Numbered from the stretch's first letter, positions 17,303 to 25,644 are shown. The stretch: 49,340 bases of DNA from Candidatus Kerfeldbacteria bacterium (GCA_016204585.1 JACQKH010000007.1:1-49340), one strand, 5' to 3'. A program made the numbers and translations. Notes: generated by a model from the letters alone, not told the origin.

Positions 17303-17421
17303 GAGGGTTGCGTCGGTCATTGGGGGTTTCACCCATCGGGTGACTACCCGTAGGGTGGCGAATCCCTGCCCCGCACCCGACGTTAAGGAGTGGTGCGGTG
17401 GCCTCCGAGGGCACCACCAAC

Positions 17422-18354
17422 TTACCTCGTCCGCACCACTAATGCGTTCGGGATGTTCCGTCCCGGCCCGACTTTGTAGCTGCCGCGGTACCATAAGGCC
17501 GACGAACCGCCGCCGTCAAGATTCATGGCAAAGTCCATTTTCAGCGCTTCCATCATGTAACCGAGGTCAATGACCGTGGCTTTACGGGCAACGATTAGGT
17601 AGATAGTTGACCCTTTTATTCCGAGCCCGGAACGGTTCGATTTCACGGTGCGCTGCTTAGTATCTAGTTGAGTCTCGTCCAGGACGAATTTCTTTTTGTT
17701 GATGAGCGTCGGTCCGTTGGAGATGGCGGCGGTCAGATTGTTGCGGTCAACGGTGTTGATGATTCCTTCCTTAGTAAACGGTTTTGTGTCGGGATAAAAC
17801 GCCACGGTGCGATCGCGGAAAGCGATAAACAGGCCGCCATTGTTGAACTGATTCTGCTGTTCATTCACGAAAACCTTGCGTCGCGCGTCGTAGACCATCC
17901 AATAATACGAACCGGCCTGGCCGGCGCACGAAGCGTAATCCTTTGGACAGAAATAAGAACCGTTGATCGCAGCCATGACCTTTTTGTTCGACACGTATGA
18001 GCGAAGCGCTTTGACGGCACACGGCTGCTGGTAGCAATTTGTCTTGGTCGTGGCCGCCAGCGTCTGCACGACAAGCTTTGGGTTTCGCAGATTGATCGCT
18101 ACGACGTCGAGGTCAAAACGTTCCGGTCCGATGACGACAACACGTTGGCGATAGCTGTCGTACCGGTTGGCGGCGTTGGCAGTCGGCAAAAAACTAAAGG
18201 CCAATCCCAGCATGGCCATCAATACAACGAAACGCCGAAAATGACTGGCTTTGATGACCACGAACTTATAGTATATCACGCTTGGTTGACTGCGGCGCAA
18301 TCTCATTGTGGTGAGTTTTATCGAATCGTCACTCATCGCGCTCGGCCGGAACAA
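17422..18354 (-). CDS. phosphodiester glycosidase (DUF2233/NAGPA-like) family secreted protein
   Basis: INGSYF, NGPTLI, R..GLG and NLDGGGSS motifs. N-terminal TM/signal (FVVLMAMLGLAFSFLPTANA). Start uncertain (TTG 18354, ATG 18336 or 18306). Confidence 0.55.
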   Translation of the reverse strand: MFRPSAMSDDSIKLTTMRLRRSQPSVIYYKFVVIKASHFRRFVVLMAMLGLAFSFLPTANAANRYDSYRQRVVVIGPERFDLDVVAINLRNPKLVVQTLAATTKTNCYQQPCAVKALRSYVSNKKVMAAINGSYFCPKDYASCAGQAGSYYWMVYDARRKVFVNEQQNQFNNGGLFIAFRDRTVAFYPDTKPFTKEGIINTVDRNNLTAAISNGPTLINKKKFVLDETQLDTKQRTVKSNRSGLGIKGSTIYLIVARKATVIDLGYMMEALKMDFAMNLDGGGSSALWYRGSYKVGPGRNIPNALVVRTR

Positions 18355-18396
18355 CGAAAAAGGATGCGGGCGGAGCGATGCAAGTCGAGAAGTGCC

Positions 18397-19335
18397 TTAG
18401 TTAATCACATTCTCCGGCTTGCCTGCCAAAAAACGCTCAACATTCCGCACAAACATTTCCTCGCGCGCTTGGTTGGCTTCGTTCGTCACGTTGGTGAAGG
18501 CCGGATAGACAACCATGTTCTGGTATCGCGACAACCGTTTCCACTGCTCACCGGTCAAACTTCGAGAATGCATACGAATTAACGTCACGTCTCCGCGCTT
18601 TAACCGTTCTTCCAGCGCATCTACATCAATCGTCCTCATGGATACCGTGTTCACAATTATGGCGCCGGTTTTCATGCCCATGATTCGCTCGCGATTCAGG
18701 AGATTCTCCGTGTCGCTAGTTCCAGTTACGTGGAGCGACAGAAAATCGGCTTGACGAACGAGCTCATCAAGTTCTTCGTACTTCACGCCTCGCGTTTCCA
18801 TTTCATTTTTTCTTGTTCTCGACCAATACCTGACATCAGCGTTAAAGCCGAGCGCGATTTCGACCACGCGTGTCCCAATTCGGCCAAGTCCAACCACGCC
18901 AAACACTTTGCCCATAATTTCCGAACCGGAAAAACCGGCTGGGCCGTAATTACCTTTCGCCGCTTCCTGTTTTGCCCGCGATAAATTCCGAAGGTGCTCT
19001 AGCAAAACGCCGAACACCCACTCAGCTACAGCTTCAGTACTGTAGCCGGGCAGATTTGTCACGATCACGCCTCGGTCTTTTGCTGCGGCCACGTCAACGC
19101 GGTCGTAGGCAGTGCCCAAAACGCCGATGTATTTTAGGTTCGGCATCTTCTCTATGGTGACCGCATCAACCACCGTCTCAAAACCAACAAGCAAGCAGTC
19201 AGCATCAACGACGAGTTTTTCCCCGACCACGTCCACGCGTTGCAGCACGTCGGCCAACGATTCAATCCTTTGCCAGTACGCCGGTTCCAGCTTTGTTTCG
19301 TCAATACCGACAACGACAACCTTGGTGAATCTCAT
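18397..19335 (-). CDS. D-isomer-specific 2-hydroxyacid dehydrogenase-family protein (possibly non-catalytic)
   Basis: NAD-binding GVVGLGRIGTRV and family-typical layout. By eye, the position of the catalytic TPH motif reads YPA. Confidence 0.65.
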   Translation of the reverse strand: MRFTKVVVVGIDETKLEPAYWQRIESLADVLQRVDVVGEKLVVDADCLLVGFETVVDAVTIEKMPNLKYIGVLGTAYDRVDVAAAKDRGVIVTNLPGYSTEAVAEWVFGVLLEHLRNLSRAKQEAAKGNYGPAGFSGSEIMGKVFGVVGLGRIGTRVVEIALGFNADVRYWSRTRKNEMETRGVKYEELDELVRQADFLSLHVTGTSDTENLLNRERIMGMKTGAIIVNTVSMRTIDVDALEERLKRGDVTLIRMHSRSLTGEQWKRLSRYQNMVVYPAFTNVTNEANQAREEMFVRNVERFLAGKPENVIN

Positions 19336-19356
19336 GCCATAACACTACCACGGCGG

Positions 19357-19385
19357 TTGCCGGACACAAAATTTTTCAGTATGAT
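19357..19385 (+). promoter_or_regulatory. promoter of the DedA gene (near-leaderless transcript)
   Basis: TTGCCG, 17 nt, TATGAT. The -10 ends 8 nt before ATG 19394 and no SD is present. Confidence 0.5.
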
Positions 19386-19393
19386 ACAACCTC

Positions 19394-20029
19394 ATGTTTG
19401 ATCTGGCATCGCTTGTAAAATCAGCTGGATACCTCGGCGTCACCGCCATCGTCTTTGCCGAAAACGGTCTGCTGATCGGCTTCTTCCTGCCCGGCGATTC
19501 ACTCCTGTTCACCGCTGGCTTCCTCGCCTCGCAGGGATTTTTTGACATCACGCTGCTCACCGTCCTGCTGTTTGTGGCCTCGGTCGTCGGGGTCGGCGTT
19601 GGCTACTGGTTCGGCAAGTACACTGGACCGAAACTGTTCCGACGACCTGACTCTCGATTTTTCAAACACGAAAACTTGGAGAAAGCCCAAGCGTTTTACC
19701 ACAAGCACGGCGGCAAGACGATTATCCTAGCCCGCTTCATTCCGATTGTCCGGACCTTTGCACCGATTGTGGCTGGCATTGCCAACATGCACTACGGCAA
19801 ATTTATGGTGTACAACGTTGTCGGCGGCGCGGTCTGGGCGATCGGCCTGACCCTCGGCGGTTACTGGCTCGGCACCAAGGTGGAAAACGTTGACCGTTAC
19901 TTATTGCCGATCATCGCCGTCATCATCTTACTCTCCGTCCTGCCCGGCATCGTCCACATGCTGAAAACGCCCGAACGGCGGCACACCGTGTGGGACAGCG
20001 TTAAAAGGTTTTTTGCCCGCCGGCCTTAG
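19394..20029 (+). CDS. DedA/VTT-domain family membrane protein
   Basis: FAENGLLIGFFLPGDSLLFTAG and ARFIPIVRTFAPIVAG motifs; 4-5 TM segments. Confidence 0.8.
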   Translation: MFDLASLVKSAGYLGVTAIVFAENGLLIGFFLPGDSLLFTAGFLASQGFFDITLLTVLLFVASVVGVGVGYWFGKYTGPKLFRRPDSRFFKHENLEKAQAFYHKHGGKTIILARFIPIVRTFAPIVAGIANMHYGKFMVYNVVGGAVWAIGLTLGGYWLGTKVENVDRYLLPIIAVIILLSVLPGIVHMLKTPERRHTVWDSVKRFFARRP

Positions 20030-20211
20030 AGGATTGCATAATTTCGTGAATTCGAGTACGCTTCTTTTCGCGCAATCGATTGCCGTGGCCCGCTACCCCG
20101 CACCGCTCACTTCATTCGGGATGCGGGGCAGGCAATGGTACCCAGCACCAGTCGTTCCGCTCCGGCGTGCTGGGCAAGGAGCAGTTTACAAAACTCGTTC
20201 GTGATTCGCCT

Positions 20212-20286
20212 GGCCCGCTAGCTCAACGGTAGAGCAACTGCCTCTTAAGCAGTGGGTTGGTGGTTCGAATCCACCGCGGGTCACCA
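20212..20286 (+). tRNA. tRNA-Lys (anticodon CTT) with encoded CCA
   Basis: Acceptor GGCCCGC/GCGGGTC; D-arm GCTCAACGGTAGAGC; anticodon stem ACTGC/GCAGT with loop CTCTTAA; T-arm GGTGGTTCGAATCCACC; discriminator A followed by CCA. Confidence 0.9.
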
Positions 20287-20350
20287 GGCGAATCACGAAC
20301 AGTTGGCTCCCTGCCCCGCAGATGCGGAGCGAAGCGGAGCATTATGCGGG

Positions 20351-20432
20351 TTAAGCAGTGGGTTGGTGGTTCCCCGCCTGCCTACGCCTGAGGCGTAGCC
20401 GATGGCGGGCAGGGAATCCTCCGCAGGTCACC
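20351..20432 (+). pseudogene. decayed duplicate of the tRNA-Lys 3' half, interrupted in the T-loop by a 41-nt hairpin
   Basis: 20351-20372 is identical to tRNA positions 20245-20266 (ttaagcagtgggttggtggttc). 20414-20432 (gaatcctccgcaggtcacc) matches 20267-20285 at 17/19. The insert at 20373-20413 is self-complementary. No matching 5' half is present. Confidence 0.6.
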
Positions 20433-20500
20433 TTGACCGATGCGCATGGCAGGCGTAGAGTAGTAAAAGACATCGGTGGTATTTGAACTTCGAAGAACAT

Positions 20501-20794
20501 ATGGGCCAAGCCGCGACCAAAGAGGACATCCGAGCTCTCGGCAATAATCTCCGCGAGGGAATCAAGGAGAACACCCGAGAGATTATTTCCCATTTCAATG
20601 CCAGCCAAGGCGAACAGAATAAACGCCTTGATCGGATTGAGACAAAAGTCGACACGATGGCAGAAGATGTTGCAAAAGTAAAACTCGCAGTCGTTGATTT
20701 GATCGCCACCGACCGACACCTTCATAATTTAGTTCGTGAACTCAAAGCGCAAGGAGTGAAGCTGGACGAAGCAAAAATCTTCGCTTCGTCATAG
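20501..20794 (+). CDS. hypothetical small coiled-coil protein (97 aa)
   Basis: Heptad-like, charged sequence. ATG 20501 is preferred to TTG 20483. Its upstream region is homologous to that of the next gene. Confidence 0.45.
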   Translation: MGQAATKEDIRALGNNLREGIKENTREIISHFNASQGEQNKRLDRIETKVDTMAEDVAKVKLAVVDLIATDRHLHNLVRELKAQGVKLDEAKIFASS

Positions 20795-21066
20795 AGCCGG
20801 TTTTTAGGAAGCGGCCTGTCCTGAGCCTGTCTATACTCAGCGCAGCCGAAATGCCGAATGGGTCGAACCTTTTTCATAATAGTTCACCAAATATTTTGTC
20901 TGACTCCCGGCGAAGCAAGGCGGGTAGGCTTACGTATCTGTGCTGATCACCTTACGGAGTGAAGCTCCACGGCCTCAGCCCTCTCCGCCGTAGTAGCTTC
21001 GGCTACGATGGCCGGGCGGCCGTGGTGCGTGGGTAAAAGACATCGAGGGTGTGCTATGGTAACGAC

Positions 21067-21600
21067 ATGGCTCGGCCTGATCTGGTGAAAGAAGAGTGGG
21101 CAAAAACGCAGACCGAAATTATCCGTTTCGAGCAGCGGCGCGAATACCATATACCGCACAACCTCACTCTGTACCGCGACTTTTTCCAAGGTGAACAACC
21201 GTCACCCAAAGACGCCAAGGTTGAACTCTATGCAACGGTTGCGGCCACTGTTCGGCGCGGGGTGGCGGTTAAGCGAATTCGCGTTTTCGATGTTCCGCTG
21301 TCAGACAGGCAGCAAGCGGAAATTGAATCTGCTTATCTTACTGGCGAGGAATTCGGACTTCAGGCATTGGTTTTGCCTCGTCCGGTCTTCACCGAACTGG
21401 TCATTAAACGGGGATTCTCGGAAATTGACTTTTGGGCCTTTGACCGCCAGCAATTCTTAACCGTCGAGTATGACCAGCGCGGCGACTACCGCGGCGAGGT
21501 GCCGGTGGCCACGGACTTTGAACGGTTGATGCTCCAGCAGCAGCTTCTTGCCATCTTGCAACGATCAATTCCGCCAAAAGATTTTCTGCTGCAGCTCTAG
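21067..21600 (+). CDS. DUF6879-like protein (177 aa), function unknown
   Basis: By-eye resemblance to the DUF6879 family (G..V.R.RV.D.PLSD....E......GE......R.......DFW.FD......YD..G.Y.G). ATG 21067 is preferred to GTG 21049. Confidence 0.45.
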   Translation: MARPDLVKEEWAKTQTEIIRFEQRREYHIPHNLTLYRDFFQGEQPSPKDAKVELYATVAATVRRGVAVKRIRVFDVPLSDRQQAEIESAYLTGEEFGLQALVLPRPVFTELVIKRGFSEIDFWAFDRQQFLTVEYDQRGDYRGEVPVATDFERLMLQQQLLAILQRSIPPKDFLLQL

Positions 21601-21671
21601 CCCGCCGCGGTAACATTGACAACACAAAGCGCTCTCGGCGTGAATCTACACCGAGTTGCGCGAGCGGCTAT

Positions 21672-21956
21672 CTATGTCCCGGACTTCAACGCGTCCTTCA
21701 GCGTCTTGCCCGCCTTGAACTTCGGCACGGTCACAGCCGGTATTTGAATTTTCTCCGTCGGCTTTTGCGGATTGACGCCCATCCGCGCCTCACGCCGCTT
21801 CGACATGAACGTCCCGAAACCGGTGAGCGTTACCTCGCCGCCAACCTTCAAAGTTGTAATCACAGTGTTCTCGAAAGCGTCGAGTAAATCCTCGACCTGT
21901 TTCTTTCCCAAGCCCACCCTCTGGGCCAAGGAATCAATTAGTTCGGCTTTATTCAC
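21672..21956 (-). CDS. hup: HU-family nucleoid-associated DNA-binding protein
   Basis: MNKAELI...GFGTF..R.R.AR.GVNPQ..E.I.IPA...PKFKAGK. GTG start with AGGAGGTG upstream. Confidence 0.9.
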   Translation of the reverse strand: MNKAELIDSLAQRVGLGKKQVEDLLDAFENTVITTLKVGGEVTLTGFGTFMSKRREARMGVNPQKPTEKIQIPAVTVPKFKAGKTLKDALKSGT

Positions 21957-21999
21957 GGTCGCTCACCTCCTTTGAATAGTAGTTAGTGGCTAATTAGGA

Positions 22000-22027
22000 A
22001 GTGTAAAACAACGATGGTGGATGTCAA
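22000..22027 (-). promoter_or_regulatory. promoter of hup
   Basis: Minus strand: TTGACA, 16 nt, TACACT. Lies between the ymdB-distal hairpin and the hup RBS. Confidence 0.45.
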
Positions 22028-22037
22028 CAGTGTTGGT

Positions 22038-22113
22038 GGTTTGGCGGTTTAGAGGTTTGGAGGTTCGGTTGAATTTCCGCTAAGCCACAAACCTCTAAGC
22101 CTCAAAACCTCTA
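22038..22113. repeat. imperfect long hairpin built from GGTTTGG(A/C)GG words; likely terminator after ymdB
   Basis: 5' arm ggtttggcggtttagaggtttggaggtt (22038-22065) is complementary to gccacaaacctctaagcctcaaaacctcta (22084-22113). The ymdB stop codon (22111-22113) lies in the 3' arm. Confidence 0.6.
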
Positions 22114-22932
22114 TACCACCGCTTCCCTGTCAATCCGCTCAATGTTCGCGGCTCGCTGAGTCGCCGGGTCAATCTCCACCAACACGCTGTTAAAGCGACA
22201 GCGTCCTTCCTCCGGGGGTTCGAAGTCGCCTTTGCCAACCGGCGACAGGAAGCGTTGGAGTGCAGCATCCATGTTGATGCCGAGGCTGGTGTCGCGTCCG
22301 CCACACATGCCGACATCGGTGATGTAGGCGGTGCCTTTTCGCAGCACCAAGGGATCGGCAGTCGGAATATGGGTGTGCGTGCCGAGTACGGCTGAAGCCC
22401 GACCATCAGCGTACCAGCCGAAGCAAACCTTTTCGCTCGTCACTTCGGCGTGAAAGTCTACCACCACCCCACTCAATCCGGCATTTTCGTGCTCAGCCAC
22501 AATTCGATCAAATACTCGAAACGGATCGTCCACCCCTTCCTTCATGAACACTCGGCCGAGCAGATTCACTACCAGCAGTTTTCGCGTGCCGACCTCGATT
22601 ACCCGATATCCGTCGCCCGGCGTGCCCGCCGGATAATTAGCCGGTCGGATGAGCGGCGTAGATTTCTGACCAAGCAATTCTACCGCCTCAACTTTCGAAA
22701 AAATGTGATTACCGCCGGTACAAAAATCAACGCCGGTGTCTAGAACTTCCTTCAACGTCTCGGTGGTGACGCCTTTTCCGTGCGCCAGATTCTCCACGTT
22801 CGCAATCACCACATCGGGTTTGTACTCCTCTTTCAACTCAGGCAGGATCTTGGCCACACACCGACGGCCGATCTTGCCAACCACGTCGCCGAGGAAGAGT
22901 ACGGTTAGCGTATTCTTGGGTTTCTTTGGCAT
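22111..22932 (-). CDS. ymdB: YmdB-type metallophosphoesterase (TIGR00282 family, 2',3'-cyclic-nucleotide phosphodiesterase)
   Basis: LFLGDVVGKIGRR, VIANVENLAHGKG, GNH and GTHTH motifs. Conserved position immediately downstream of rny. Confidence 0.8.
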   Translation of the reverse strand: MPKKPKNTLTVLFLGDVVGKIGRRCVAKILPELKEEYKPDVVIANVENLAHGKGVTTETLKEVLDTGVDFCTGGNHIFSKVEAVELLGQKSTPLIRPANYPAGTPGDGYRVIEVGTRKLLVVNLLGRVFMKEGVDDPFRVFDRIVAEHENAGLSGVVVDFHAEVTSEKVCFGWYADGRASAVLGTHTHIPTADPLVLRKGTAYITDVGMCGGRDTSLGINMDAALQRFLSPVGKGDFEPPEEGRCRFNSVLVEIDPATQRAANIERIDREAVV

Positions 22933-22942
22933 AAAAGATTGT

Positions 22943-23138
22943 CAGCGGTTTGGAGGTTTAGGGGTTTGGCGGTTTGGCTCGTTGGCTGATTGGCTCGTTG
23001 TCTCGTTAGTCATTCAGTGATGAAGCCATGAGAACACAATGACTTTTAAACTAACAAACTAACGAGCTACCCTACTAACGAGCTAAACGGTATTGCCGCT
23101 ATCGAGCTAAAGAGCTAATAAGCCAACGAGCTACCGCG
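22943..23138. repeat. ~195-bp imperfect palindrome in the rny-ymdB spacer
   Basis: The left arm has a second GGTTTGG(A/C)GG array (22947-22977) followed by ggctcgttggctgattggctcgttgtctcgttagtcatt. The right arm has aatgactt...ctaacgagc...agccaacgagc words, the reverse complements. Confidence 0.6.
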
Positions 23139-24665
23139 TTAGCGGGCATACTCAACCACCCGCTTCTCTCTAATCAACGTCACTTTAATTTCCCCAGGAT
23201 ACTGCAGCTGCGCTTCAATTTGGTTAGCCACGTCGCGAGCCAGCTTGATGGCGGTCAAGTCATCAATCTTGTCCGGCGTCACAAACACCCGCACTTCGCG
23301 ACCGGCCTGAATGGCATAGACTTTCTCCACGCCGGGGAAGTTCTTGGCAATGTTCTCGAGTTCCTCCAGCCGCTGGACGTACTGTTCGTAAGTGTCTTTC
23401 CGCGCTCCCGGCCGCGCTCCGCTAATCGCGTCCGCCACCCGGGCGATCACGCCCTCGAAGGTTCGCGGCGCATCCTCGTGATGAGCAATAGCCAGGTAGG
23501 CCACCTCTTCCGGCAGGCCGTACTTGCGCATTATGTCGTAGCCTAGTTGGGTGTGAGTGCCCTGGACTTCGTGGTCAATGGCCTTGCCGATGTCGTGGAG
23601 CAATCCGCCTTTCTTGGCCACGCCGACGTTGGCGCCGAGCTCATCCGCCAGCAAGCCAGCCAGAATCCCGACTTCAATCGAGTGTCGTAAAACGTTCTGG
23701 CCGTAGCTGGTCCGATATTTAAGCCGACCGAGGATTTGAATGAGTCGCGGATCAAGACCGACCACGCCGACCTCGCGGGCCGCCTCCTCGCCGGCCTTCT
23801 TGATGTCCACGGCCAGGTCTTTCTTGGCCGCTTCCACCGCCTCCTCGATCCGTCCGGGATGGATTCGACCGTCAGCCATCAGCTTTTCCAGGGCGCGCTT
23901 GGCAATGTGGCGACGAATTGGATTGAAGCCGGAAATAACGATTGATTCCGGCGTGTCGTCAACGATTATCTCCGCACCGGTCAGCTGCTCAATGGTCTTG
24001 ATGTTGCGGCCTTCCTTACCGATGATCCTGCCTTTCAGGTCGTCCGATGGGAGCGGCACGACGGTGGTGGTGGTTTCGGCCGCATGACTGGAGGCTACCC
24101 GCTGCATGACCGTGGATATAAGTTTTTTTGACTCTTTCTCCAGCTCCTCCTGGCTCTCCTGCTGGAGCTTCTTGATGCGCGAAACAAGCTCGTCCCGCAT
24201 CGAGTGCTCGGTATTCTCCAAGAGTACGCGCTTAGCTTCGTCCCTGGTCAGCTCAGCGATTTTCTCCAGTTTCTTGAACTGCTCTTCGCGGATTCGTTCC
24301 AGTTCCTTTCTGATTTCGTCGGCTTTTAAGGCCCGCTTCTGAGTTTCTTCTTTACTTCGCTCGAGCTCGAGTAGTTTCTCATCGAACTTCGCTTCGCGCT
24401 GCTCCAGCCGGTCGCGCTGCGACTGGAGTTCACGGCGGCGCTGATCTTCTTCTTTCTTGGCATCCTCAAGAACCTTGAGGGCTTTTTCTTGGGCCTCAAG
24501 GAGAATTTCCTTTTGTTTAGCGCGGGCCTCGTTGATTAAGGCCTGCGATTTCGATTCAACCGACTGTGCTTCGCGGGTGGCCCATGACTTGCGGAAGAAG
24601 TAGCCGGCCAAGACCCCGGCTGGAATTCCGACCGCGGTCAAAATAATCCAAATTGACGTGTCCAT
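23139..24665 (-). CDS. rny: ribonuclease Y
   Basis: N-terminal TM, long coiled coil, KH domain (GRIIGKEGRNIKTIE) and HD domain (LLHDIGKA, HH). Confidence 0.92.
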   Translation of the reverse strand: MDTSIWIILTAVGIPAGVLAGYFFRKSWATREAQSVESKSQALINEARAKQKEILLEAQEKALKVLEDAKKEEDQRRRELQSQRDRLEQREAKFDEKLLELERSKEETQKRALKADEIRKELERIREEQFKKLEKIAELTRDEAKRVLLENTEHSMRDELVSRIKKLQQESQEELEKESKKLISTVMQRVASSHAAETTTTVVPLPSDDLKGRIIGKEGRNIKTIEQLTGAEIIVDDTPESIVISGFNPIRRHIAKRALEKLMADGRIHPGRIEEAVEAAKKDLAVDIKKAGEEAAREVGVVGLDPRLIQILGRLKYRTSYGQNVLRHSIEVGILAGLLADELGANVGVAKKGGLLHDIGKAIDHEVQGTHTQLGYDIMRKYGLPEEVAYLAIAHHEDAPRTFEGVIARVADAISGARPGARKDTYEQYVQRLEELENIAKNFPGVEKVYAIQAGREVRVFVTPDKIDDLTAIKLARDVANQIEAQLQYPGEIKVTLIREKRVVEYAR

Positions 24666-24762
24666 ACGTGCTGGGTGCGTTCAACATATTAAGACTAACA
24701 AACATAGTAGAATTTCAGGTTATCATAGGTAATCGTCCAATGCAAGTTTCGAGCGACGACCC

Positions 24763-24791
24763 TTGACATTTGTGCAGATTTAGTCTATGGT
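24763..24791 (+). promoter_or_regulatory. promoter of the orphan two-gene operon
   Basis: TTGACA (24763-24768), 17 nt, TATGGT (24786-24791). About 95-nt leader, then AGGAG 7 nt before ATG 24892. Confidence 0.6.
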
Positions 24792-24891
24792 CTCGGCACC
24801 GGTTGGTTCCTTAACAACAATCCGGTTTTCACTCTGCCGCGGATCGTCCGAGGCGGAACATCCACGCTGTTCTCGTAGAAGGAGTACTGCA

Positions 24892-25644
24892 ATGGAGACG
24901 AAGTCGCCGGAGCCCAAGGCACCGCTCGCTCTGCAGACGTTGCTGTCCGAAGAACTGTTGACACTCGACGGCATGGCTCAGCACCTGGCCCTGCTGGCTG
25001 GAGGAAACGCCGAAATTCGGGCGGTGGCCGTGCGCTGGTTCGGCACCCTACCGAAACACATCCAAGTCGACCTGGTGCGCAGCGTCGGCCGCAACGCCGA
25101 AGCTGCCTGCCAGCTGGTCATGCTTGTCCCCGACGCCAGCATACTCATGCCGCATCTCGGTCTGAGTATAGTCCGTCGGATGTGCGACAGCCACCCGACC
25201 CTGATTTCCGCGGTCAGCCGCAAGCGATTGGCCACCATGATCCGGGTCACCAAGAATCCTCAGGCCAAGCGCGAATGGCTGGTCCTGATCGCCGAATGGA
25301 ACGACGAAGAGCCGGGTCTCTTCGAATCGTTTATCGACGAACTCGACCCGGTCGAAATGGCCGACTGGCTGAATGGACTCTTCCGCCTAACGGATCTTTA
25401 CCTGCTCCAGCGGGCGATCAATGACCCACGGGAACTGGAGGAGCGACTGGATGATCTGTTCCCATTCCTCAGCTTGTTGGCCAGTAGCCGCGAACAGTTC
25501 TACCGGACAGTGATCGGAGAGATTATCCTCCGACTCTGCGATCGGTACGAGCGTCGCAGCCGGCTGAAGACTCTCGATGAGCTGCAGCGAGAGTACTGGC
25601 CTGGACTCGGTCAGGCGATCAAGGAAACGCGGAGGCGGCCATGA
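24892..25644 (+). CDS. hypothetical all-helical protein (250 aa), no recognisable domain
   Basis: ATG 24892 with an AGGAG RBS (the ORF-track start at 24787 overlaps the -10 hexamer). Leu/Arg-rich, HEAT-like helical character by eye. Stop overlaps the next start (ATGA at 25641-25644). Confidence 0.6.
   Translation: METKSPEPKAPLALQTLLSEELLTLDGMAQHLALLAGGNAEIRAVAVRWFGTLPKHIQVDLVRSVGRNAEAACQLVMLVPDASILMPHLGLSIVRRMCDSHPTLISAVSRKRLATMIRVTKNPQAKREWLVLIAEWNDEEPGLFESFIDELDPVEMADWLNGLFRLTDLYLLQRAINDPRELEERLDDLFPFLSLLASSREQFYRTVIGEIILRLCDRYERRSRLKTLDELQREYWPGLGQAIKETRRRP

Noticed and set aside
17199-17573. 124-aa ORF overlapping tRNA-Arg, and 105-aa ORF 17177-17494 opposite it
   Set aside because: They run through a bona fide tRNA gene and its flanking repeats, and their composition is not protein-like.
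20300-20435. A second functional (intron-containing) tRNA-Lys
   Set aside because: Only the 3' half is present. No acceptor 5' strand complementary to GCAGGTC, no D-arm and no anticodon stem can be formed from the upstream sequence, and the T-stem has a mismatch.
20287-21600. An intact integrative element or prophage next to tRNA-Lys
   Set aside because: No integrase, excisionase, replication or structural genes are present, and the tRNA fragment repeats are only ~65-150 nt from the tRNA. At most this is a scar with two small cargo-like genes.
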